A DNA stretch of 48,414 nt from a virus (Duplodnaviria; Caudoviricetes), in IMG/VR virus record IMGVR_UViG_3300030376_003736, positions 1 to 48,414 of that record; one strand, 5' to 3'. A program made the translations under genes and the position numbers. The notes under the pieces were generated by a model that searched no databases, was not told where the DNA came from, and saw only the letters and a list, made by a program, of their open reading frames with translations. Of the stretch, positions 8,867 through 16,882 are shown piece by piece (position 1 is the stretch's first letter; the number at the start of each line of letters is the position of its first letter).

Positions 8867-8930
8867 AGAATATTGCGAGCATTGTGGATTACCAAAGGAC
8901 GAATGTCCGGGATATAAGTGTTGGACATGA
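8859..8930 (+). CDS. Cys-rich micropeptide (23 aa, MDEEYCEHCGLPKDECPGYKCWT)
   Basis: GAGGAG RBS; four Cys (possible Zn finger); ATGA-coupled to the next ORF. Confidence 0.5.
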   Translation: MDEEYCEHCGLPKDECPGYKCWT

Positions 8931-9070
8931 ATAAAGAATTTTATCTACAAATAAAAATAGCTGTATATAAACCTAATGGCGAGTATATAAAGCAGTGCAA
9001 TAATACGACTTTTTCCGATAAAACGATTATGTTGATAATGGACGAAGTAGAGAAGGAGCTGGCGGAATGA
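8927..9070 (+). CDS. Hypothetical protein (47 aa)
   Basis: Manual translation MNKEFYLQIK...EKELAE; ATGA overlaps at both ends. Confidence 0.55.
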   Translation: MNKEFYLQIKIAVYKPNGEYIKQCNNTTFSDKTIMLIMDEVEKELAE

Positions 9071-9498
9071 AATATAAAATAGATAAAGACGTACCTATAC
9101 CAGAAAGATTTGAAAATGCTGTAAGCAACAACAGTATTTATACGGAGATTGCCCCTCAATTAAATATAGGAGACTCCGTAGGTGGACTAACTCAATCACA
9201 AGCAAATAGCTTAGCTACCTTTATGAAAAAACAAGGTAAGAAATGCACTACAAGGAAAGTAGATAAAAGGCCGAGCCGAGAAGCTGAATACAGAGTTTGG
9301 TATGTAGCAGATACAACACCTGAGACTAAAGTTATCCCAGACACAGCTTTACCCGCAGAGAATGTTTGTATTTGCAACAACGACATAATGAAAGAAGCAG
9401 AACTACACGAAGATGATAAGAATATCGTTGAAGATATGTACGAAGTAAACAAGATCATTAACCAGGAATTCAATTTAATAAAAAATAAGGATAAATGA
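9067..9498 (+). CDS. Hypothetical protein, possible small DNA-binding domain at the N-terminus
   Basis: YKIDKDVPIP...LNIGDS...TTRK...YRVW pattern seen in small phage proteins. Confidence 0.65.
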   Translation: MKYKIDKDVPIPERFENAVSNNSIYTEIAPQLNIGDSVGGLTQSQANSLATFMKKQGKKCTTRKVDKRPSREAEYRVWYVADTTPETKVIPDTALPAENVCICNNDIMKEAELHEDDKNIVEDMYEVNKIINQEFNLIKNKDK

Positions 9499-9740
9499 TG
9501 CCAGACAACATTAACCCGGAGCATTACAAAGAAGGCCCCATTGAATGTATTGAGGTTATCAAGGCAAGCATGACTCCAGAAGGATTTGAAGGCTACCTAA
9601 AGGGATCTATTTTTAAATACTTATGGAGATACGAACGCAAACATCTGGGCAACGAAGTAGAAGATTTACTAAAAGCAGAATGGTTTCTGAAACGATTAAT
9701 ACAGGAGAGAGTGGACGACAATGGACATAGAGAAACTTGA
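9495..9740 (+). CDS. DUF3310 protein (T7 gp1.7-like putative nucleotide kinase)
   Basis: INPEHY...IECIEVI...YLKGSIFKYLWRY..K...EDLLKAEWFL signature. Confidence 0.85.
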   Translation: MMPDNINPEHYKEGPIECIEVIKASMTPEGFEGYLKGSIFKYLWRYERKHLGNEVEDLLKAEWFLKRLIQERVDDNGHRET

Positions 9741-9844
9741 ATACATACAACAGACTTTGGAAGAAGTGAAAGAAGATAGGCCAGATAGAATAAAAATTAG
9801 AGTTTCGCTGGCACTTATAAAAGATATGAAAAAGGAGAAAGCTA

Positions 9845-10078
9845 GTGGCTAAAGATTTATTTATAGACTTGTGGGAAAGAACTTCCGAAGTATTTGGTGG
9901 TCATCAAGAGATTGATTCAAAGGTACTTAAACGCAGGATTAAATATTATGTAATCCCCAGACAGGACGGAGTGCCAATCATTTCATTGCACGATGACGAA
10001 TGGGAAATACTTAAAGACCGAAAATTGCATAAGCGAGTAGTAGGAGAGATAATTAATAAAATAACAGAGGAGTTATAA
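9845..10078 (+). CDS. Hypothetical protein
   Basis: AAGGAG RBS, GTG start, within the coupled cluster. Confidence 0.6.
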   Translation: MAKDLFIDLWERTSEVFGGHQEIDSKVLKRRIKYYVIPRQDGVPIISLHDDEWEILKDRKLHKRVVGEIINKITEEL

Positions 10079-10217
10079 ATGGCTAGTGAATATATTTTAG
10101 ATAAACTTAGTGGTGAATACGTTTTAGTTTGTTCTGATTCAAGCAGACCGACGATACGTTTAGGCACAGATGATTTGGAAACGGCTAAAGCTAGAGCCAA
10201 ACCACACATGAATTTCA

Positions 10218-10472
10218 ATGACTGAGTTATATAAGGACAGATTTCCCTGTCACCCCACGTTTCAACTTGATTCTTCCCGGAACAAAACAATAGATTGGAC
10301 TCTAAAAATGGTTCCCCCTGAATCTATCTATTGGAAAACCGGGAAGGTTAAAAAGAAAGAAATAAGAATTCTATCTAAGGTTACGCCAGGTGAACGTAAA
10401 GAATTCACCAATGAAATCTTTTTAGATATGTACCCCCCAATAATTAAACAACAAAAGGTAAAACAACTATGA
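10218..10472 (+). CDS. Hypothetical protein
   Basis: ORF in the coupled + strand cluster. Confidence 0.6.
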   Translation: MTELYKDRFPCHPTFQLDSSRNKTIDWTLKMVPPESIYWKTGKVKKKEIRILSKVTPGERKEFTNEIFLDMYPPIIKQQKVKQL

Positions 10473-10804
10473 TTAGACAAATAGCTTATTTAGATAAGCC
10501 ACAAGCAAAAGCAGTAATTCAATTATTTAGGAGAGGGCAGCTACAGGATCTAGCCGTCTTTTTAAGTATTGATAGTAAGAATAATAAAGGCCCCTATAAA
10601 TTGTGTTTAGATTGCCCACAGGATTCACACCCACGAATCAATGCAAAAATACAAGACGTAGCTGACACACTAACAGATGATGATAAGCAAGCTATATTGA
10701 GTATTGATTGGCAGATGTATGATGATGCGGAGACACCTGTAGAACAAATAGGAATGACTCCAGACTTTAAAGAATACGTTGAAGAAAAAGAGAGAAACCA
10801 ATGA
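10469..10804 (+). CDS. Hypothetical protein
   Basis: ATGA overlaps at both ends. Confidence 0.65.
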   Translation: MIRQIAYLDKPQAKAVIQLFRRGQLQDLAVFLSIDSKNNKGPYKLCLDCPQDSHPRINAKIQDVADTLTDDDKQAILSIDWQMYDDAETPVEQIGMTPDFKEYVEEKERNQ

Positions 10805-11049
10805 CTGAATACACAGACAGAGTAAGACTAACAAAGTTTAAATTAGATGCTGAGAAATGGGGTAGAGAAATAAACTACTATCATTTTAATGGTGGAGTTA
10901 GAGAGATTCGCTACAACAATGGTCTAGCTAAGTTTAAAAATACTACCACCGGGCTAAAATGGACTACCTATCCAAAAAATTATGAGGAGTCTATTTATGA
11001 TAAATTCAGAAAATACCTAGCGGACACCGGGTTTAAGTCTACTGATTAA
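10801..11049 (+). CDS. Hypothetical protein
   Basis: Last gene of the cluster; converges on TerS. Confidence 0.6.
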   Translation: MTEYTDRVRLTKFKLDAEKWGREINYYHFNGGVREIRYNNGLAKFKNTTTGLKWTTYPKNYEESIYDKFRKYLADTGFKSTD

Positions 11050-11542
11050 TAATTACAGCTTCTTCTGCTTCTAATAAAGGCTTGTAATCCCCAAGCAGCT
11101 TTTTGATCCTTTCTTTTATTTCTATTTCGCTGAGAGAATCAAGCGTCCCGGTACGAACTTCTTTACGCTCAACATACAGGCCAGCAGCTCTACCTCTTTG
11201 AACTTCAGCAGAAACCGCAGCCGTTAAGTTACCTTTATCCATTGCTTGATCCCTAATCTTAGCTAATTCTCTAACGTGACGACTAAATGTAACCTCGTAC
11301 TTTTTGTCCAGCTCTGCCTGGAGACCCTGAATGTAACGAACAACAAGCGGATATTTCTGAGGATTGGTTAGCTCTGAAGCTCTTACAGCAGCAGAACTCT
11401 CAGCGTAACCAGCTGCAAGCGCGCATTCAGTCTGGGTTTTGGATCCGTCATTGTAGACGTACTCTTTAGCAAACTTAGCTTGCTTAACTGTTAAATGTTT
11501 TTCGTTCTTTCCTGAAATGTTTCCTGAGATTCCTTTTGGCAT
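11039..11542 (-). CDS. terS: Terminase small subunit
   Basis: LTVKQAKFAKEYV...TQTECALAAGYAESSAAVRASEL HTH typical of the Terminase_2 family; AGGAG RBS. Confidence 0.85.
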   Translation of the reverse strand: MPKGISGNISGKNEKHLTVKQAKFAKEYVYNDGSKTQTECALAAGYAESSAAVRASELTNPQKYPLVVRYIQGLQAELDKKYEVTFSRHVRELAKIRDQAMDKGNLTAAVSAEVQRGRAAGLYVERKEVRTGTLDSLSEIEIKERIKKLLGDYKPLLEAEEAVIINQ

Positions 11543-11696
11543 TCTTTTCTCCTAATAAAATCTTCCCAACGTTGAAAGGTTAAAGTTTCATAATTCCAAA
11601 ACAAACCTTGTTTATAAATGTCTTCATTCATGGCATAAAATTATACCCCAAAGTAATAAAAAGTATCTAATCTTTTATTTTATGGGATATGTACCT

Positions 11697-12031
11697 CATA
11701 ACTTCTACCGGGTTAGACGGGAAGCCCCGTTCTATAAGGGTTTTTTGGACTTTCTAACCTGACCTAACTTCTGTCAAGTTAGACGGAAACCCTTATAAGA
11801 GCTATATTTCTATCACTTCTAACCCGAAAAACTAAAATTCTGTAATATTTTTGTATTTAAAAAAATATTTTGTAAAAAATAGAAGTTAGGTTAGGTTTTG
11901 TTATATAGGAATAAAAACATTGCTAATAAAATCAATAGCTTACAGTCTAACCTTACCAAAGTTAGAAGATTTTTTTCTTTAACTAAATCAATAGGATAGA
12001 GCTAACCTTTAATTCCAATCTCAGGTTAGAA
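11697..12031. repeat. AT-rich non-coding region with many TAAC(C/T)/(G/A)GTTA short repeats in both orientations (origin-like)
   Basis: gttagacgg twice, ttctaacc twice, cctaactt, aagttaggttaggtt, tctaacctt, aagttagaag, gctaacctt, caggttaga around an A/T-rich core at about 11825-11880. Confidence 0.6.
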
Positions 12032-12039
12032 AATAGGCC

Positions 12040-12095
12040 CTTTGTCCTTTATCCCAGATACTTGGTCCCAGATCCTTCGTTTCTAGTCCATGATT
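12040..12095. repeat. Degenerate 7-bp tandem array (8 units)
   Basis: ctttgtc ctttatc ccagata cttggtc ccagatc cttcgtt tctagtc catgatt. Confidence 0.55.
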
Positions 12096-12135
12096 CCTAC
12101 CCGACAGGCTACCGCTTATTGTATAATTAGCACTT

Positions 12136-12642
12136 ATGATAGAAATAAATGAAACCTTCCCGGAATTTTCACTCAATGCAGTCATGGACGACGGCTCATT
12201 GGCTTCAGTAAACCACACAGATATACAGAACGAATGGTCCGTTATCTACTTTTACCCAAAAGACTTCACCTTCATCTGTCCTACAGAAATAGCTGACATG
12301 GATAAGTTGTTACCAGAAGCAAACGTCTTGGGCATATCAGGGGATAACGAATACTGTAAGCAAGCGTGGAGACAATCCAACGAACTCATAAAAGACATAT
12401 CTCACCCTCTGCTTGCTGATTGCGGGCTAAAGCTGGCAACTGCCTGTGGCGTTGTGGACGAAAATGAAGGTGTGTGCTTGCGTGCTACGTTCATAGTTGA
12501 CCCAAACGGTGTGATACAGCACGTTTCCGTGAACGCATTGGACACTGGCAGAAACGTAGATGAGATATTAAGAACTTTACAGGCTTTAAAAGCAGGTGGG
12601 CTGACTGCGTGCAGTTGGAAGCCCGGTGAAGATCTACTTTGA
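12136..12642 (+). CDS. ahpC: Peroxiredoxin, AhpC/Prx1 family
   Basis: Active site FYPKDFTFICPTE, RATFIVDP, GRNVDEILR, C-terminal ACSWKPG. Confidence 0.93.
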   Translation: MIEINETFPEFSLNAVMDDGSLASVNHTDIQNEWSVIYFYPKDFTFICPTEIADMDKLLPEANVLGISGDNEYCKQAWRQSNELIKDISHPLLADCGLKLATACGVVDENEGVCLRATFIVDPNGVIQHVSVNALDTGRNVDEILRTLQALKAGGLTACSWKPGEDLL

Positions 12643-12864
12643 TTTATTAAACTTCTTCAACAAAAAGTCTTTGTATTCTCTGACGTAAGTATCGTAATCG
12701 AGGGCACTGGACCCAAAAGAAGAGAACTCATCACAATAATCCAACCACATACGCCTACAAAAAGAATGATAGGCTCCACGTTCTTTGTCGAAGATGTTAT
12801 CCCAGTTGCTGCTGAACTGTTCTGAAGAAACTGATAGGGGTCGTGGCTTAGATCCTTTACCCAC
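12634..12864 (-). CDS. Small phage protein
   Basis: MGKGSKPRP...NWDNIF and CRRMWLDYCDE segments; overlaps the upstream gene. Confidence 0.7.
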   Translation of the reverse strand: MGKGSKPRPLSVSSEQFSSNWDNIFDKERGAYHSFCRRMWLDYCDEFSSFGSSALDYDTYVREYKDFLLKKFNKSK

Positions 12865-13699
12865 CGCCGCCCGGTCCTTTGGCTATTCTTCCTTGAGCAG
12901 CGCGCTGTGCCATTTGTAAAGCGGCCATTGCTGCGTAAACACCATTCATGCCACCACTTTTATACGCACTTTTCATTAAGCTAGGAGCTGCGCTTCTAAA
13001 AGCTGCTGATGTAGCTAAACTTCCGAGTCCTTGTCCAAGAGTCTGTTTACCTCTGGCCATGTTAACTAGAGATCCGAGTCCTTGACGTTGCATACCTGAA
13101 AGACCTAGACCTTTTCCACCTAACGCTTTGCTTAAAGCCATTTTAGTAAAGCTCTGTTTTAAGAACTGTGCGGGGTTCTCTGCATTCTTCAGGCCTCTTA
13201 ACAAGGATATTCCCATCATCAATCCTTTAGTACCGGGATTGATTCTTAAAGCGCCTGTAATGATTCTGCCCGGAAGAGAGTTTTTAAGTTTAGGTCCGAG
13301 TGTTCCCCCAAAGATGCCTGTTGCTGGTCCAGTGAACGAAGGCATAGTAGGAGTAATCCCACTAGGATCTGTAAAAGAAGAAGAATTAAAAAGAGCTTCA
13401 TTTAAAGAAAGAGTGTTCATTGGGTCTATTGGTTTTGCCCAAGTCTCTACTGTAGGAGTATTATTTAATACCCCCGTTTCACCAGAAAACTCATGCCCAC
13501 CGGGAACAGTACCCTCAAAACCTGTTCCATAATTAATTGGCTTCCCTGTATCTCTGTCCGTTGTAGGTAAATTATAAAGGTTAGGAGTAAAATTAGGATT
13601 AGAACTCATCATTGCTTGGGTAAACTGTCCCCCAAGATCCATTATGCCCCAACCGCCGCCGCCGAAAGGTTTGCCCGCGAAATTTAGATCGTCAATCAT
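12857..13699 (-). CDS. Gly-rich hypothetical protein (possibly virion-associated)
   Basis: 280-aa ORF with an AGGA RBS; low-complexity Gly/Leu/Ala C-terminal half. Confidence 0.6.
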   Translation of the reverse strand: MIDDLNFAGKPFGGGGWGIMDLGGQFTQAMMSSNPNFTPNLYNLPTTDRDTGKPINYGTGFEGTVPGGHEFSGETGVLNNTPTVETWAKPIDPMNTLSLNEALFNSSSFTDPSGITPTMPSFTGPATGIFGGTLGPKLKNSLPGRIITGALRINPGTKGLMMGISLLRGLKNAENPAQFLKQSFTKMALSKALGGKGLGLSGMQRQGLGSLVNMARGKQTLGQGLGSLATSAAFRSAAPSLMKSAYKSGGMNGVYAAMAALQMAQRAAQGRIAKGPGGGG

Positions 13700-13721
13700 C
13701 TACTCTTCCTTTTCATAAAAT

Positions 13722-13976
13722 TTATTTTACCCTGATAGGGGACTTTTTCAAAGAGTTATCAGGCGTGTAGTGTTGTACTTGTCTAGGAGTGAAGCCTTCT
13801 CCGATCGCTCGAATGACTACTAGCTTCTTGTAAACAGAAGGCAGAATTGCCCAATCTCGAATTTCCGTAGCGGTACGTCCACAACCCTTACAGATTGCGT
13901 CGCCCCATTGAGTTGCTGAACAGACACCTATACACGGACTCTCAGCAAGACTCTGGGAAATACCCTCAACGTCCAT
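13722..13976 (-). CDS. DUF1289 family predicted Fe-S protein (start reassigned to 13976)
   Basis: SPCIGVCS...ICKGCGRT..EIRDW signature; GGAGG RBS before MDVEG. Confidence 0.85.
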   Translation of the reverse strand: MDVEGISQSLAESPCIGVCSATQWGDAICKGCGRTATEIRDWAILPSVYKKLVVIRAIGEGFTPRQVQHYTPDNSLKKSPIRVK

Positions 13977-13986
13977 AACGCCTCCC

Positions 13987-14016
13987 ATAATAAAGAAAGG
14001 GCTTAACAAGTGTCAA
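13987..14016 (-). promoter_or_regulatory. Sigma70 promoter for the DUF1289 gene
   Basis: On the - strand TTGACA-18 bp-TATTAT, overlapped by the inverted repeat aagggctt/aagccctt. Confidence 0.6.
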
Positions 14017-14029
14017 GCCCTTAAAGGTC

Positions 14030-14165
14030 ACCGGGTCGGAAGTTCTCTGGGGGAGAACGGTTAACTCCAGCCCTTTTTGCAGATGTTTTTCTTATGAAGG
14101 CACACCTTCTGCTGGCACCCTCCGAGTATTATGCTTATAGGGATAAGCTACCCGCTCGGCACGGT
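14030..14165. ncRNA. Candidate structured RNA (unassigned)
   Basis: GC-rich intergenic segment with several stems: gttctc/gagaac, gcaga/tctgc, gaagg/ccttc, ccgag/ctcgg enclosing gcttat/ataagc. Confidence 0.35.
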
Positions 14166-14167
14166 AT

Positions 14168-14725
14168 TTAACTTATTTCGTTACCCCAACTATCCCAACC
14201 CTCTACTGTTTCTCTTGCGAATAGTTCTATTCTAGGAAGGTCTCCACATAAACTAACAATTCTCTCTCTTATCTCTGGCGGCTTCTTGGAGTGTTTATCT
14301 CTTGGCTCTTGTATTATCTGTTTTACATTCTTTGCTTCTCTCCAATATTTACCTTTCAGCCCCAATAAACAAAACTCCGCATTTTGGTTCGTATAGAAGC
14401 CCATTCCAGAATAAGGCTTGGAATAATCTTTTGTCATCTTCACCCAAACAAAGCCCATAGTTTTATATTGAAATCCCCAATGTTTTATTACTTCAAAACC
14501 ATAATCCAACAGACTCGAAGTACACCAAAGAAAGAGCATAGCGTTTTCCCCAGCTATATCTTCTACAGACATATCACAAATGTCCTCTAGTGGCATAGTT
14601 GGATAATGTTTATCCGCGCCACCAGCACCATTAGGGTTCTTATACCCAGCTCCGTTTCTTTTATCATTATATGTCCAGGGCGGATCGGCATAAATAATAT
14701 TATATTTTTTATTTGGAAGATTCAT
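14168..14725 (-). CDS. MT-A70 family adenine methyltransferase (start reassigned to 14725)
   Basis: IIYADPPW, LFLW, WGFQYKT..FVWVK, HSKKP, RIELFARE...GWDSWGNE; ATGA overlap with the upstream C5 MTase. Confidence 0.92.
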   Translation of the reverse strand: MNLPNKKYNIIYADPPWTYNDKRNGAGYKNPNGAGGADKHYPTMPLEDICDMSVEDIAGENAMLFLWCTSSLLDYGFEVIKHWGFQYKTMGFVWVKMTKDYSKPYSGMGFYTNQNAEFCLLGLKGKYWREAKNVKQIIQEPRDKHSKKPPEIRERIVSLCGDLPRIELFARETVEGWDSWGNEIS

Positions 14726-15990
14726 TCCATTCCTTTCAATATATGTGCGATAACTTCTATTGTCCACCCGTTACCCAACATCTTGTATCTCTGTGTGTTG
14801 CTAACGTGGTTCGTGTAGTTGTCTGGTACCGTTTGAAGTCTTTCACATTCTAAAGGAGTTAATTTACGCCAATGTAAATCGTCTACATTATCTACCACTA
14901 CGCTATCTTTCTGCACGGTCGTCAAAGCATTTGATTTATCGTCGTCCCTTGTCTCTAGTTGTTGGGTCCATGAATCATCGTCGCTTACTTGTCGACCTCT
15001 TAATGCTCCCCCTTTGATCTCCAAAATATGAGACTTGGTTAAAGAAGTAGTCAGCGTATTCATCTTGCCGTCTTCTCTTGGTACCATTTCTTTTCCACCT
15101 CTTGGTGACCAATCCTTCCCAGTCCTTTGTCGGTGTTCCTTCCTTATTCGTTTACTTTCCTCAGTCCTTTGTTCAGTTAAGGCTCTGACTTGCATTGGAA
15201 CTAAAGTCATGCCGTTGTTCCCAGCACCTTTGTACATAGTCGCAGTCATACATAGAGACTTCTCGTCAGGCATTTTAAGATGTCTGCGATTACGTTCTGT
15301 GTGCTTGACTGGTTTATGTTGCTCAATGTAGCTACCGTCCGTTGGTTCTTTATGATAACCAGCAATGACCGTACCGATCTTTTCTGAATCTTCATTGTAA
15401 AAGTAGCCTTTACCTCTTTTAGCGTTAAGCACTCTATCTACTTTAGCTTCTGATATATCGTACTTCTCATCAGGTTCGGTTTCTAAAATATCTCTAAGCA
15501 CAATACCTCTATCTTCAGGTTGTTCTACTCCGGGTATATTGGTCCAGTAGTATCTCAATCTGTTTTGTGCGCTAACTAAAGCACTATTTATTAAGATAGG
15601 TTCTACTCCAACTTGTTCTGAGATGACATCTAAGAATTCTTTCTTCATCTTTACGTTCTCTAAAAGAAAGTATTTGGGCTTCACCTCTTTTAAGATCCTG
15701 ACGAACTCAAAGAACAACGCAGATCTAGGGTCATCAAAAGCCAATTGATTGCCTGCAAAAGAAAATCCCTGGCATGGAGATCCTGCCATTACAAGATCTA
15801 TGTCTGGGTAGTCCTCTCCTTTAACATCACAAACATCTCCTATCTGGATAATGTCTGGGTAGTTAGCTGAAGAGACTTCAATAGCGTATTTGTCTATTTC
15901 AGAGGCATAATATTTGTCGACCTTAATTCCTAGACGGTCAAGAGCAAGTCGACCACAACTCATTCCGTCAAATAAACTTAATATATTCAT
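14722..15990 (-). CDS. C5-cytosine DNA methyltransferase
   Basis: Motif I LSLFDG, IV GSPCQGFS, VI LLENV, VIII AQNRLR, IX RKLTPLECERLQ, X LGNGW. Confidence 0.93.
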   Translation of the reverse strand: MNILSLFDGMSCGRLALDRLGIKVDKYYASEIDKYAIEVSSANYPDIIQIGDVCDVKGEDYPDIDLVMAGSPCQGFSFAGNQLAFDDPRSALFFEFVRILKEVKPKYFLLENVKMKKEFLDVISEQVGVEPILINSALVSAQNRLRYYWTNIPGVEQPEDRGIVLRDILETEPDEKYDISEAKVDRVLNAKRGKGYFYNEDSEKIGTVIAGYHKEPTDGSYIEQHKPVKHTERNRRHLKMPDEKSLCMTATMYKGAGNNGMTLVPMQVRALTEQRTEESKRIRKEHRQRTGKDWSPRGGKEMVPREDGKMNTLTTSLTKSHILEIKGGALRGRQVSDDDSWTQQLETRDDDKSNALTTVQKDSVVVDNVDDLHWRKLTPLECERLQTVPDNYTNHVSNTQRYKMLGNGWTIEVIAHILKGME

Positions 15991-16069
15991 AATTATGTTA
16001 AGTGTATCACGATATATACGACGGATACAATAAAAGTAAAGTTAACGGCGAATAAAATGGCTTCTGTGC

Positions 16070-16216
16070 TCAGCCTTGGCCCCTGTATCTTTTTCTGGTC
16101 CCTTTCATTTTGGAGTTCCGGGACTGACCTTGCGTGGTCTTTTTAGATTTTCTCTTAGACTCATCGTAAGATGTTCCGCGTTTGTCGCGTAAACTTCTGG
16201 GTGGACTCTTCCTCAT
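16070..16216 (-). CDS. Small basic protein (48 aa) ending KRYRGQG
   Basis: Manual translation MRKSPPRSLRDKRG...KKTTQGQSRNSKMKGTRKRYRGQG, a recurring type of small phage peptide. Confidence 0.65.
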   Translation of the reverse strand: MRKSPPRSLRDKRGTSYDESKRKSKKTTQGQSRNSKMKGTRKRYRGQG

Positions 16217-16284
16217 AGATTTTACTTATGATATACTATACATATTACTTATGAATAACCTTTATCACCAGATCTGCTTTATAA

Positions 16285-16476
16285 TTACCGTGACATTTCC
16301 GATATTTTGCGTTGCAATCCTTCAGTATAGCTCGACAATCGTTCTGTAATTTCATTTCCAATTCGTAAATACTTAGGTCCTTCGACCCAGGCTTCATTTA
16401 CATTTGGAGTTGAAGGGTCGTCAGCTTTAAATTGACCTGACGCAGCGCGAGCTCTCTTTCTAGTTGTTTTCGACAT
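16285..16476 (-). CDS. Small phage protein
   Basis: RAR..GQFKADDPSTPNVNEAW motif; GAGGA RBS. Confidence 0.7.
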   Translation of the reverse strand: MSKTTRKRARAASGQFKADDPSTPNVNEAWVEGPKYLRIGNEITERLSSYTEGLQRKISEMSR

Positions 16477-16882
16477 ATATTCCTCTCTCTATTAATCGTT
16501 GTCTATTTTTCTGATGTTCTGCACCTATTTCATCTTTACTCTGTCCATAATAGGCTACTGCGTGGTTCTCATCAACCATCTTCACGTTGATGTTTACGTT
16601 GTCAACGACAACCTCACCTAGCACTCTGCCGAACTTACCTCTAGAGTCTTTAAGTTTTGTTTGGATAACGACCTTTTCGCCCTGATCTATAGCGTCTTTT
16701 AAGAAATTCTTAGCCAACTTTCCTCTAGCCTTCTCATCAAGATCCCTAGTCCGTGACTCGGGAGTATCAATGCCGTATAAACGAACGCGAGACTTATAAA
16801 GAATGTCAAAGCCAAGATCCAACACAACGTCGATAGTATCTCCATCAACAACCCTTTCCACTTTACAACTGTATTCATACAT
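16460..16882 (-). CDS. SNase/thermonuclease-like protein
   Basis: VERVVDGDTID, VRLYGIDTPE, GKFGRVL; no signal peptide. Confidence 0.9.
   Translation of the reverse strand: MYEYSCKVERVVDGDTIDVVLDLGFDILYKSRVRLYGIDTPESRTRDLDEKARGKLAKNFLKDAIDQGEKVVIQTKLKDSRGKFGRVLGEVVVDNVNINVKMVDENHAVAYYGQSKDEIGAEHQKNRQRLIERGIYVENN

Noticed and set aside
14030-14165. tRNA, hammerhead or twister ribozyme
   Set aside because: No cloverleaf with a T-loop, no CUGANGA/GAAA core, and only a partial UAAC..GCC resemblance to twister without the rest of the consensus.
14168-16882. Restriction-modification system (two MTases plus nuclease)
   Set aside because: The nuclease is SNase-like, not a recognised REase, and is separated by unrelated small genes; orphan MTases are more likely.
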